From NCBI GenBank assembly GCA_963782055.1, contig CAWAIF010000003.1, positions 3,904,001-3,968,000 on the forward strand: a DNA stretch of 64,000 nucleotides, in the 5' to 3' direction. The DNA comes from an uncultured delta proteobacterium. Its GTDB lineage: Bacteria > Myxococcota_A > Polyangia > Polyangiales > Polyangiaceae. Position numbers and translations under genes: made by a program. This document shows positions 33,483 through 42,558 of the stretch, in pieces. Below the pieces are notes generated by a model. The model did no database searches and was not told the DNA's origin. It saw nothing but the letters and a program-made list of their open reading frames with translations. The stretch's first letter is position 1. The number at the start of each line of letters is the position of its first letter.

Positions 33483-34526
33483 GTGACCCGCCTGCGCACC
33501 TCCGAGCATCCCCAGCCCCTGCCGGAGGGGGTGCCGGAGGGGTCGGTGCTCACGGTGTTCCGCGTACCGCCGGAGGTGGCGGGCATGCGCGTGGACGTCT
33601 TCCTCCAGTCGCAGCTCCGCCGCACCAGCCGCACGCGGGCGCAGTTCATCGTGCGGGCCAGCGCCTACGACGCGGAGGGCCGGCGGATGCGCCCGGGTGA
33701 GCGCGTCCGCGCCGACCAGCTCGTCCTGCTGTGGCGCGCGCCGTGGGACGAGGCCGCGGTGCCGACGGAGATCCCCGTCCTGCACGAGGACCCGCACCTG
33801 CTCGCGGTGGACAAGCCCGCCTTCTTGCCGGTGCACCCGACCGCTCGCTACCACAAGAACACCCTCATCAAGCTGCTGCAGGCGGAGCGGCCGGGAGAGT
33901 TCCTGTCGCTCGGCCACCGCATCGATCGCGAGACGAGCGGCGTGCTCCTCGTCGCGCGCTCGGCCCAGTGCGATCGCGAGCTCAAGCGCGCCCTGGAGGC
34001 GCGGGCCGGCATCCACAAGGAGTACGCGGCCATCACGTGGGGCGTGCCGGGCGGCGGTGAGCGCTCCTTCCGCGTGGATCTCCCCCTCGAGCTGGACCCG
34101 GAGAGCTCCTACAAGGTGAAGATGCGCGTGGGGGAGACGGCGCGGGCCCTGCAGGCGGCGACGATCTTCCACGTGGAGGCCACCGCGACCGGCGGCGGGC
34201 GCACCTACGCGCGCGTCCGGTGCGAGCTGCTCACCGGCCGACAGCACCAGATCCGCGTGCACCTCGCGGCGCTCGGTACGCCCATCGTGGGCGACAAGCT
34301 CTACGGCCCCGACGAGACCCTCTTCGCGCGCGGGGCCGACGACGCCCTCACCGAGGACGACCTGCGCGTGCTGGAGCTGCCGCGCCACGCGCTGCACGCG
34401 GCGTCGATGCGCCTTCCCCACCCCATCACCGGCGCGCCCTTGCACGTCCTTGCGCCGACGCCCCCCGACCTGCGCGCCTTCTGGAGCGCGCTCTCCCCCT
34501 CCCGGGGAGAGCAGACCTGGGCGTGA
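33483..34526 (+). CDS. RluA/RluD-family RNA pseudouridine synthase
   Basis: [48 protein letters not shown]. Confidence 0.94.
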   Translation: MTRLRTSEHPQPLPEGVPEGSVLTVFRVPPEVAGMRVDVFLQSQLRRTSRTRAQFIVRASAYDAEGRRMRPGERVRADQLVLLWRAPWDEAAVPTEIPVLHEDPHLLAVDKPAFLPVHPTARYHKNTLIKLLQAERPGEFLSLGHRIDRETSGVLLVARSAQCDRELKRALEARAGIHKEYAAITWGVPGGGERSFRVDLPLELDPESSYKVKMRVGETARALQAATIFHVEATATGGGRTYARVRCELLTGRQHQIRVHLAALGTPIVGDKLYGPDETLFARGADDALTEDDLRVLELPRHALHAASMRLPHPITGAPLHVLAPTPPDLRAFWSALSPSRGEQTWA

Positions 34527-34530
34527 GCGC

Positions 34531-34827
34531 TCACATCCCGCGCGGGACGCGATCCAGGTCCACCTGGTCCAGCGCCGCGCGGATGAGCGCGCTGCGGTTG
34601 GCCTTGGTCACCCCGCGCGACTTGAGCGCGTCGACCAGCGCGTCCAGGCGCTTGAGGTCCTTGGTGTACATGGAGATGCAGATCACCTTGTAGTGGGAGG
34701 GCTTCTCGGCGCGCGGGGCGGGCCGCGAAGGCGGGGGTCCCTCCGGTCGCGCGGTGTAGAAGCGCCCGCTCAGCACTCCCTCCACCTCGTCAGCATCCAG
34801 CACACTCATCTCGTCGCCCTTGGCCAT
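34531..34827 (-). CDS. Small ribbon-helix-helix-like protein downstream of ParA (98 aa)
   Basis: YKVICISM (strand) - [14 protein letters not shown] (helix) - [10 protein letters not shown] (helix); starts 7 bp after the ParA stop. Confidence 0.7.
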   Translation of the reverse strand: MAKGDEMSVLDADEVEGVLSGRFYTARPEGPPPSRPAPRAEKPSHYKVICISMYTKDLKRLDALVDALKSRGVTKANRSALIRAALDQVDLDRVPRGM

Positions 34828-34834
34828 GGCACTC

Positions 34835-36082
34835 TCACGCGGACGCGGCCGCGCGCTCCTCGGGGTGATGGCGGCTCGACGCAGGCCCCTCGATGAGGGC
34901 ACGGGCGGTCCGCTCGTAGTCTTCGGCGGCGTGGGAATCGGGCGCGTGCTCGAAGATGGTCTTCCCCTGCGCCGGGGCCTCCTTGATCTTCGTCGCCATG
35001 CGGATGGGCGGCAGGCAGCGGTCGCCGAAGTGCTTCTGCAGCGTCTCCACCGCGTCGCGGCAGATGCGCGCGCGCCCGTCGTAGAAGGTCGGCAGCACGC
35101 CGTAGATCTGCACCGCGTGGTGGAGCAGCGAGTTGACGCTCTTGACCGTCTTGATCACCTGCCGCACCCCCACCAGGGAGAGGAAGTCGCACGCGACCGG
35201 CACCACGATGCCCTCGGCGAAGACCAGCGCGTTCTGGTTGAGCAGGGAGAGCGAGGGGGAGCAGTCCAGGATGACGACGTCGTAGTCGTCGGCGACGTTG
35301 GCGAGGCGGTCGCGCAGGACGCGGTCGCGGTTCTGCCGCCCGGCGAGGTAGAGCTCGGCGGCGGCGAGGGTCTCGTTGGAGGGCAGCACGTCGAAGCCGG
35401 GTCGCACGTTCACCGCGGCGTCGCGCGCGCGCAGGCCCATCACCAGCACGTGGTAGAGGGAGCGCTCGCTCTTGATGCCCAAAGAGACGCCGACGTTGCC
35501 CTGCGAGTCGGTGTCGACGAGCAGCACGCGCGCGCCGTGGCGGGCGAGCCCCGCCGCCAGGTTCACCGAGGTGGTGGTCTTGCCGGTGCCGCCCTTGTGG
35601 TTGAACACGGCCAGACGACGCGGGCCCGCCATGGAGAAACCACGCGGCGGGAGCGGAGGCGCGAGCGAACGAACCGAGGCGCGCGGCGCGCCGCGGAGCG
35701 CCGGCGGCGGCGGAGCGGCCGAGGAGGGGCGAAGGACCGGCGGGAGCTCCTTCTCGCTCTCCGGCGGGATCACCGCGCGCGGCGGCGAGAGCTCGCCCAG
35801 GCGCACGCCCTCCGACTCGGCGAGGAGCTGCGCCCGGCACACCTCGGCGCACGCGTAGCGCCGGGCGCCCTTGACGTGGAGCACCTGCAGCGCGAGCTCC
35901 ACCCGGAAGCTCTTGTGACAGGCGTCGCACACCACCGCGCCCGTGTCCCCGCGCAGGCTCGCCGCGTGGCACTTCTGCGAGCAGAAGAAGGAGAACGCGC
36001 CGTCACGCTCCTCCATCTGGTAGCGGAACTGCATCTCGAACTGGCGCCCGCACACGCTGCAGGCCTCGCACATTCCGGCCAT
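34835..36082 (-). CDS. ParA/Soj-family ATPase with two N-terminal TRASH-like Cys motifs
   Basis: Deviant Walker A NHKGGTGKTT; DTDSQGN; DCSPSL; PTFYDGR; IKEAP; N-terminal CSVC-x22-CSQKC and CDAC-x22-CAEVC. Confidence 0.9.
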   Translation of the reverse strand: MAGMCEACSVCGRQFEMQFRYQMEERDGAFSFFCSQKCHAASLRGDTGAVVCDACHKSFRVELALQVLHVKGARRYACAEVCRAQLLAESEGVRLGELSPPRAVIPPESEKELPPVLRPSSAAPPPPALRGAPRASVRSLAPPLPPRGFSMAGPRRLAVFNHKGGTGKTTTSVNLAAGLARHGARVLLVDTDSQGNVGVSLGIKSERSLYHVLVMGLRARDAAVNVRPGFDVLPSNETLAAAELYLAGRQNRDRVLRDRLANVADDYDVVILDCSPSLSLLNQNALVFAEGIVVPVACDFLSLVGVRQVIKTVKSVNSLLHHAVQIYGVLPTFYDGRARICRDAVETLQKHFGDRCLPPIRMATKIKEAPAQGKTIFEHAPDSHAAEDYERTARALIEGPASSRHHPEERAAASA

Positions 36083-36162
36083 GGTCCTCTCCTGACCGGA
36101 CCACCCCTGTCACGGGCGCGATGAGAGGGCCAACTTTCCGAACGCCCGCACCTGGGGGTTGC

Positions 36163-37728
36163 TCAGTGCCTGAAGTGCCGGATGCCGGTGAAGATCATCG
36201 CGAGACCCAGCGCGTCCGCCGCCGCAATCACTTCGGAATCCCGGATGCTGCCGCCGGGCTGCGCCACCGCCTTGACCCCCAGCTTGGCGGCCGCCTCGAT
36301 GCCGTCGGGGAAGGGGAAGAAGGCGTCCGACGCCATCACGCCCCCCTTCGAGAGCTCCCCGGCCTTCTCCCCCGCGATCTGCACCGAGATGACCCGCGAC
36401 ATCTGCCCCGCGCCGACCCCGACGGTCCGCAGCGGCGTCTGCGTCGACGCCAGGACGATCGCGTTGGACTTGACGTGCTTGCAGACCTTCCAGGCGAAGG
36501 CGAGCGCGGCGATCTCCTCCGCGGAGGGCGCGCGCTTGGTGGCGACCTTCCCCTTCTCCACCTCCCCCGCGCCGGTGGCGTCGCGCGTCTGCACGACGAG
36601 GCCCCCGCCCACCCGCTTGTACTGCATCGCCGCGTGGTCGGCCCCCAGCCAGGAGCCGGTGGCCAGCAGGCGGAGGTTCTTCTTGGTGCGCAGCACCTCC
36701 AGCGCCTCCGGCGAGAAGCTGGGGGCGACGACGCACTCCAGAAACGTCTCGATCATCAGCTTCGCGGTCGCCACGTCGACGGACCGGTTGAGCGCCACGA
36801 TGCTCCCGAAGGCGCTCACCGAGTCGGCCTCCCGCGCCAGCTTGTAGACCGCCGGCATGTCCGGGCCCGTCGCCACGCCGCACGGGTTGGTGTGCTTCAC
36901 CACCACCGCGGCCGGCTCGTCATACTCACGTACCGCATCAAGAGCCGCTTCCACATCCACGAGATTGTTGAAGGAAAGCTCCTTGCCTCCGACCCCGAGG
37001 CTCTCCGCTCGAGCCACCGACCCCGGCGCGGCCCCGCGCTCGACGTAGAAGGCGCCGCGCTGGTGCGGGTTCTCCCCGTAGCGCAGGCCGTAGCCCTTCT
37101 CGAAGGGCAAGGTGAGGTAGTGCGGGAACTCCTCCGCCGCGCCGTCGGGCTTGCGGGCCGAGAGGTAGCGGCTGATCGCCGCGTCGTACGCGGCGGTGTG
37201 GGCGAACGCCTTGGCGGCCAGCTCGGCGCGCGTCTCGCCGGAGACCTCCCCCTGCTCCCGGATCTCCCCGAGCACGCGGTCGTAGTCGGACGGGTCGCAC
37301 ACCACCGCGACGCGCGCGTGGTTCTTGGCGGCGGATCGCACCATCGACGGCCCGCCGATGTCGATGTTCTCCACGATCTCCTCGTGGGTGCTCTTCGGGT
37401 TGGAGGCCACCCGCTCGAACGGGTAGAGGTTGACCACGACCAGGTCGATCTCCCGGGCGCCGAGGCGCTCCAGGTCGGCGAGATCGCGCTCCCCGCGTGC
37501 GAGGATGCCGCCGTGGATGCGCGGGTGCAGCGTCTTGACGCGCCCGTCCATCACCTCCGGCGAGCCGGTGTAACTCTCCACCGTCTCCACGGGCACGCCC
37601 TCCGCCGCCAGGGCCTTGGCGGTCCCGCCGCTGGAGAGCAGCGTCACGCCTTTCTCGGCGAGCGCGCGGGCGAAGGGGATGAGGTGCGTCTTGTCCGAAA
37701 CGGAGAGGAGGGCTGTGCGGACGGGCAT
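36163..37728 (-). CDS. purH: Bifunctional AICAR transformylase/IMP cyclohydrolase
   Basis: ALLSVSDK, DGRVKTLHP, IDIGGPSMVRSAAKN, LRYGENPHQ, KHTNPCG, ASDAFFPF, FTGIRHFRH. Confidence 0.98.
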   Translation of the reverse strand: MPVRTALLSVSDKTHLIPFARALAEKGVTLLSSGGTAKALAAEGVPVETVESYTGSPEVMDGRVKTLHPRIHGGILARGERDLADLERLGAREIDLVVVNLYPFERVASNPKSTHEEIVENIDIGGPSMVRSAAKNHARVAVVCDPSDYDRVLGEIREQGEVSGETRAELAAKAFAHTAAYDAAISRYLSARKPDGAAEEFPHYLTLPFEKGYGLRYGENPHQRGAFYVERGAAPGSVARAESLGVGGKELSFNNLVDVEAALDAVREYDEPAAVVVKHTNPCGVATGPDMPAVYKLAREADSVSAFGSIVALNRSVDVATAKLMIETFLECVVAPSFSPEALEVLRTKKNLRLLATGSWLGADHAAMQYKRVGGGLVVQTRDATGAGEVEKGKVATKRAPSAEEIAALAFAWKVCKHVKSNAIVLASTQTPLRTVGVGAGQMSRVISVQIAGEKAGELSKGGVMASDAFFPFPDGIEAAAKLGVKAVAQPGGSIRDSEVIAAADALGLAMIFTGIRHFRH

Positions 37729-37913
37729 GGACGCGAGGTACCGCCGCGCGCCGCCGCGGTCAACGGACGGCGCCGCCCCGGGACAAAAGAAACGCGGGGA
37801 AACAGGGCCCATCCCTGCTTCCCCGCGCCGATCACCATCAACGAAAGGACCCTAGTAAAGCTCGGCACCCCAGTCCACAACCCGACGCTCGTGCAGCCCG
37901 CGCGAACAACCTC

Positions 37914-38636
37914 TCAGTCGAAGTCCGCGGAGGCGAACTCCTCCGGGTCGAGCACCCGGACCACGTCCGCCGTGCCTCCGGCGGTCTCCGCCTCGTCCAG
38001 GTCGTCGGAGTCCTGGTCGGCCTCCGTCTCTTCCTCTTCCTCGTCGCGCGCCAGCACCGGCAGCCGGCGCTTGCCGACCGGGCCCTCGTCGACGTAGTCG
38101 CGCAGCGCGGCCATGTCGCGCAGCGCCTGGAGCTTGGCGAGGCCCTTGACCTCGACCTGCCGGATGCGCTCGCGCGTCAGGTTCATGATGGCGCCGACCT
38201 CCTCCAGCGTCGTGCCGCCGCGGTCGGCGACGTCCAGGGCGCAGGTCTCGGTCATCTCCCACACCTCGAGGTCGGGGAAGTTCAGCTTGATGGCGCCGGT
38301 CCGCGCCGAGACGTCCAGGTACAGGTGGTGCTTGCACGAGACGAAGGGGCACGGCCGCGCGCCACCCTCGCAGTCGGCGCGGGTGACCGGCCGCTCGACG
38401 CCCTCGACGTCCGGGTAGAGCAGCCGGCCGAGCTCCAGCTCGCGCTTGGTCATGCGCTTGACGCTGATCGTCCGGGCGCGCACGTCGCGCTTGCGGCGCG
38501 AGCGACGCTGCTCGCGCGTCACCGCCGGCTCGTCGTCCGCCACCGTGGTGGTCGCGAGCGCCAGCGCGCCCTGCGTCTGGGGTACGTCCACCCCCACGTC
38601 CCCGCTCACCTGCTCGACCGCGTCCTTCGGATCCAT
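37914..38636 (-). CDS. Stand-alone sigma70 region-4 HTH protein with Cys/His cluster and acidic tail
   Basis: [27 protein letters not shown] matches region 4.2; preceded by [16 protein letters not shown]...TCALD; no region 2. Confidence 0.82.
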   Translation of the reverse strand: MDPKDAVEQVSGDVGVDVPQTQGALALATTTVADDEPAVTREQRRSRRKRDVRARTISVKRMTKRELELGRLLYPDVEGVERPVTRADCEGGARPCPFVSCKHHLYLDVSARTGAIKLNFPDLEVWEMTETCALDVADRGGTTLEEVGAIMNLTRERIRQVEVKGLAKLQALRDMAALRDYVDEGPVGKRRLPVLARDEEEEETEADQDSDDLDEAETAGGTADVVRVLDPEEFASADFD

Positions 38637-38874
38637 CGTTGCCTCCCGCTCGTTCACACCCTCGGCACCCTTCGCGGCGAACCACCGCGCACGAAGGACG
38701 GATCGGTCCTGGTCACCGGGTCGGCCGCCTCTGCCTACACCCGGTTACATCACCCTATCTTTTGAAACGAGCGGCGGGACCATCCGCCTGCGCCGCCCGT
38801 GCGCGCACCGCGCGCCGTCACCGAGTTCACGACCCTTCCGGCCGTCGGCCCGCGCAGAGCGCGGGTCCTCAGTT

Positions 38875-39390
38875 CTAGACGGCCTCCCGCTGCAGGCGTG
38901 CCTGCATCGAAAGCCTCGTCTCCACGCTCGACAGCTTCGCCATCAGCTCGGCCGCGAGCGATCTCGCCTCGGTAAGCTCCCTAAGCACCACGCGGGCGTG
39001 GGAATCCTGCCCGCGCTGCGGCTTCGCCGCGGTCGCGAGGGCGGAGAAGACGCGTTCGAGGGCTCGTTCCAGCTCCTCGATGTCCCCACGTACGAACAAG
39101 AACTCTCTCTGAATCTCTTCGATCGTGTACTGCGTCAGCATCGACTTCAGCCGCACGATGCGGCGCACGACGGTCGCCGGATACAGCCCTTGCGAACCGC
39201 GCTGACCTGCCTTGATGGCGACTCGACGGCTCCTCGGCAACAGCCCGAGTTGCACGTACTTGCGAAGGGTGGCCTCGGTGAAGCGGATGTTTCTTCGTGT
39301 GAATAGATCGACGATCTGCTCCGAGGTGATGCCGGCGGCGTGCTCTCGCTCGATGCGCGCGAGCTCGTCGTCGGTCAGCACGTCGGTCAT
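38875..39390 (-). CDS. MerR-like HTH DNA-binding protein
   Basis: TEATLRKYVQLGLLP.....GLYPATVVRRIVRLK...YTIEEI followed by a coiled coil. Confidence 0.72.
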   Translation of the reverse strand: MTDVLTDDELARIEREHAAGITSEQIVDLFTRRNIRFTEATLRKYVQLGLLPRSRRVAIKAGQRGSQGLYPATVVRRIVRLKSMLTQYTIEEIQREFLFVRGDIEELERALERVFSALATAAKPQRGQDSHARVVLRELTEARSLAAELMAKLSSVETRLSMQARLQREAV

Positions 39391-39618
39391 CGTCCGCCGC
39401 CCTTCGCTCTTTCTGGGCCCGATTCCCGGTCGCGGCATGCTGCTCTCCGCGACCGGATCCCGCGAGGCCCCGAACGGAAGATCCGGGCAGCCTCGCTGAA
39501 CGGTCGCGACTGTATTCTACTCAAAAGATCCGCGTCAATCCATGGACAGGCTTTTTTTTGGGCCATTCCATGATGGAACGGATATCGCGCGCTTAGCCCC
39601 ATGCCATGACGATCAATG

Positions 39619-40611
39619 TCATGGCTTCGGGCTGCTGGCGCGCGCCGGAACGGCCGAGTCGCCGTGGAGGGCGGCGGGCGTCTCGCCGCGCGTGGCGGCG
39701 GCGCGAAGGGGCTCGGGAACGCTGTGCGCCATTGTGCGCAAGATCGAGGCGAGACGCAAAGAACCGAGGTCTCCGGCGCCGAAGGGCGCGAGGGCCCGGA
39801 GGGCGTCGTCGGCGGTGGCGAAGCGGCGGTCACGCTCGTGGGCCAGCAGGCGATCGACGACGGCGGCCAGCTCCCGCTCGACCGAGGGAACGCGCTCGCG
39901 CAGGGGCATGAGCTCGCCGTGGGCGATGGCGCCGAGCTCCTTCATCCCGCGCAGCGGGTGGCACGGCCGCACACCCGCCAGCAGGTCGTAGAGGATCACC
40001 CCCAGGGCGAAGAGGTCGCAGCGCGGGTCGAGCACCTCGCCGCGGACCTGCTCCGGCGCCATGAAGCCGTACTTGCCCTTCACGTGCGAGGGGCGCGTCC
40101 AGCGCACCCTGTCGGCGGCGAGGGCGATGCCGAAGTCGGCGAGCTTGACCTCCCCCTCCCGGGAGACGAGCACGTTGTGGGGGGTCACGTCGCGATGGAC
40201 CAGGCCGGGCAGCGCGCGCTGCACCGCCGCCAGGCCGCGGAGCACGCCGCACGCGACGTGGACGGCGACGCGCGCCGGCAGCCGCGGGTCGGGGGTCTGC
40301 TTGAGCGCCTCCGAGACGCCGCGCAGGTCCAGGCCGTCGATGAGCTCGAGCACCAGGAAGGGGGCGTCGCGGTCGTCCTCGCCGATGTCGTAGAGGGTGA
40401 GGACGTTGGCGTGCCGCACCCGGGAGAGCAGGCGCGCCTCCTCGCGCAGCGCGGCCACCGACTCCGGTGGCATGGTGCCCGAGAGGCGCTTGATGCAGAC
40501 GTCGCGCTCGCCGAAGGGACCGCGCTCCACGGCCCGGAACACGTCACCGCCGGCCCCGCGGCCGAGCCGCGCGCGGAGCTCGTACCGGCCACCCGAGAGA
40601 TGCCTCATCAT
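39619..40611 (-). CDS. Hanks-type Ser/Thr protein kinase, catalytic domain only
   Basis: GRGAGGDV, CIKR, HRDVTPHN, DFG, GKYGFMAPE, DLFALG; no TM segment. Confidence 0.92.
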   Translation of the reverse strand: MMRHLSGGRYELRARLGRGAGGDVFRAVERGPFGERDVCIKRLSGTMPPESVAALREEARLLSRVRHANVLTLYDIGEDDRDAPFLVLELIDGLDLRGVSEALKQTPDPRLPARVAVHVACGVLRGLAAVQRALPGLVHRDVTPHNVLVSREGEVKLADFGIALAADRVRWTRPSHVKGKYGFMAPEQVRGEVLDPRCDLFALGVILYDLLAGVRPCHPLRGMKELGAIAHGELMPLRERVPSVERELAAVVDRLLAHERDRRFATADDALRALAPFGAGDLGSLRLASILRTMAHSVPEPLRAAATRGETPAALHGDSAVPARASSPKP

Positions 40612-40676
40612 GGGGACCTTTCGCCTCGTGTGACGCCCTCGTTGCTCCCTTTCGGCCTGCGGCCTACCCTCCCGCC

Positions 40677-41525
40677 ATGGCGCCCCGAGACCTGGCCGTG
40701 CGCGACTGCGTGACCAAGCGCGCGCGCGTCCGCTACGTCGAGGCAGGCGCGGGGCCGGGGCTGCTCCTCATCCACGACTTTCTCTCCAGCTACAAGGAGC
40801 ACGACAGGCTCCTCGGACCGCTGGCGGAGGAATTTCACGTCATCGCCCCCGACCTGCCCGGCTTCGGAGAGAGCGAGAAGCCGCCGGCGTCGCGCTTCGC
40901 CTACCGCGCGGAGGACTTCGCCGAGTCGATGCTGGACGTGCTGGCGGCGGCGGGCGAGGCGCGGGTCTCGGTCTGCGGGCACGGCCTGGGCGGGGCGGTG
41001 GCGCTGGCCCTGGCGGCGTCGCACCCGCACGTGGTCGACAAGCTGGTGCTGGTGTCGCCGTCGGTGCCGGGGACGCGGCCGGTGGCCCTCGCGCGGGTGG
41101 CGCCGCTGCCTCTGGTGGGGCCGCTGCTCTTCAAGCAGCTCTGGGGGCGGACGCTCTTCGGCGCGCACTTCCACAACCACGTCTTCGGCGGGCAGGCGCG
41201 CACGTGCGCACCGCTCGACGAGCTCTTCTCGCACTTCGACTCCCCGCAGGGCCGGGAGTCGGCCTACGCCACCCTGCTCGCCATGCTGGACGCGCGCTCG
41301 CTGGAGGCGCGGCTGCCGCGGGTGCAGGCGCGCTCGCTGGTGGTGTGGGGACGCGGGGACCGCACCGGGCCGCCGACGCTCGGGAGGAAGGTCGCGCGCG
41401 AGCTGCGGGGCGCGCGGTGCGAGGTGCTGGAGGCGGGCCACTCGCCGGCGGAGGAGGCGCCGGAGGCGATGGCGCGCGTGGTCACGCGCTTCGTGCACGG
41501 CAAGAACAGCGAGAGGGCCGCCTGA
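40677..41525 (+). CDS. Alpha/beta hydrolase-fold protein lacking the nucleophile
   Basis: APDLPGFGES, WGRGD, GHSPAEE present; nucleophile elbow reads GHGLGG. Confidence 0.85.
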   Translation: MAPRDLAVRDCVTKRARVRYVEAGAGPGLLLIHDFLSSYKEHDRLLGPLAEEFHVIAPDLPGFGESEKPPASRFAYRAEDFAESMLDVLAAAGEARVSVCGHGLGGAVALALAASHPHVVDKLVLVSPSVPGTRPVALARVAPLPLVGPLLFKQLWGRTLFGAHFHNHVFGGQARTCAPLDELFSHFDSPQGRESAYATLLAMLDARSLEARLPRVQARSLVVWGRGDRTGPPTLGRKVARELRGARCEVLEAGHSPAEEAPEAMARVVTRFVHGKNSERAA

Positions 41526-41526
41526 G

Positions 41527-42558
41527 ATGCGGCTGATGGACCCGCGCGCGCGGCGGCGTTTCAAGAAGAACCGCTCGGCCCTGGTCGGTCTCGGCATCGT
41601 CGCCCTGCTGATGGTCTTCGCGGCCGTGGGTCCCTACTTCGCGCACCACGACCCCTACGTCAGCGACTTCGTCCGCGGGGCGGGCGAGGGCGGCGTGCCG
41701 GTGCCGCCCGGCGCGCGCTTCTGGCTCGGCACCGATCGCCTCTTCCGCGATGTCTTCGTGCGGCTGGCGTACGGCGCGCGGGTGTCGCTCTTCATCGCCA
41801 TCGCGTCCACGGTGATCGCGACGGTGATCGGCTCCGGCCTGGGGGTGATCGCCGGCTTCTACGAGGGGTCGGTCGGGCTGCGAGTGCCGTACGTGACCGT
41901 CGCGGGGGTGCTGCTGGCGGTGGTGCTGCTCATCGGCGGTCACTCGCACGCGGCGGGCGGCGCGCTGGTGCTCGGCGTGGCGCTCGGGGCGGCGGCGCGC
42001 GTGCTGAAGGTGGAGCAGCTCGCGCGCGGGCCGGGGCTCAACGCCGACACCGCGCTCATGCGGGTGGTGGACATCGGCCTGTCGTTCCCCTTCCTCTTGC
42101 TGGTCATGGCGCTCGGCGCCGCGTTCGACAGGACCAGCGCGACGACCATCCTCTGGACGCTCGGGCTCACGAGCTGGCTGACGATGGCGCGGGTGGTGCG
42201 CGCCAAGACGCTGCAGGTGCGGGCGCTCGACTTCGTGACGGCGGCGCGCGCGCTCGGGCAGCGGGTGCCCAGCATCATGGTGCGCCACGTGCTGCCCAAC
42301 GTGGCAGGGCCGATCATCGTGCTGTCCACCGCGCAGGTGGCGCAGATGATCGTGGCCGAGAGCGTCCTGTCGTACCTGGGCGTGGGGATCTCCCCGCCGA
42401 CGCCCACCTGGGGCCACATGCTCTTCGAGGGGCAGGACAACTACATCATGGCCCCGTGGCTGCTGATCGCGCCGTCGATCGCGATCCTGCTGAGCGTCCT
42501 GGGCTTCAACATGGTGGGAGAAGGGCTGCGCGATGCGCTGGACCCGAAGGAGGACTGA
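41527..42558 (+). CDS. ABC transporter permease (DppC/OppC family)
   Basis: RRFKKNRSA, WLGTD..RDVFVRL.YGARVSL, DFVTAARALG, HVLPN, AESVLSYLG, GEGLRDALDP. Confidence 0.93.
   Translation: MRLMDPRARRRFKKNRSALVGLGIVALLMVFAAVGPYFAHHDPYVSDFVRGAGEGGVPVPPGARFWLGTDRLFRDVFVRLAYGARVSLFIAIASTVIATVIGSGLGVIAGFYEGSVGLRVPYVTVAGVLLAVVLLIGGHSHAAGGALVLGVALGAAARVLKVEQLARGPGLNADTALMRVVDIGLSFPFLLLVMALGAAFDRTSATTILWTLGLTSWLTMARVVRAKTLQVRALDFVTAARALGQRVPSIMVRHVLPNVAGPIIVLSTAQVAQMIVAESVLSYLGVGISPPTPTWGHMLFEGQDNYIMAPWLLIAPSIAILLSVLGFNMVGEGLRDALDPKED

Noticed and set aside
32829..34160. parS-like half sites (ACGTGGAACA in glgA; TTCCACGTGGA in the RluA gene) near the ParA gene
   Set aside because: About 4 mismatches to the 16-bp parS consensus, explained by F-H-V codons, and no parB is present.
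36915..37000. Patch of A/T-ending codons within purH
   Set aside because: Protein motifs are intact and I could identify no promoter or structure; too short to call a recombinant tract.
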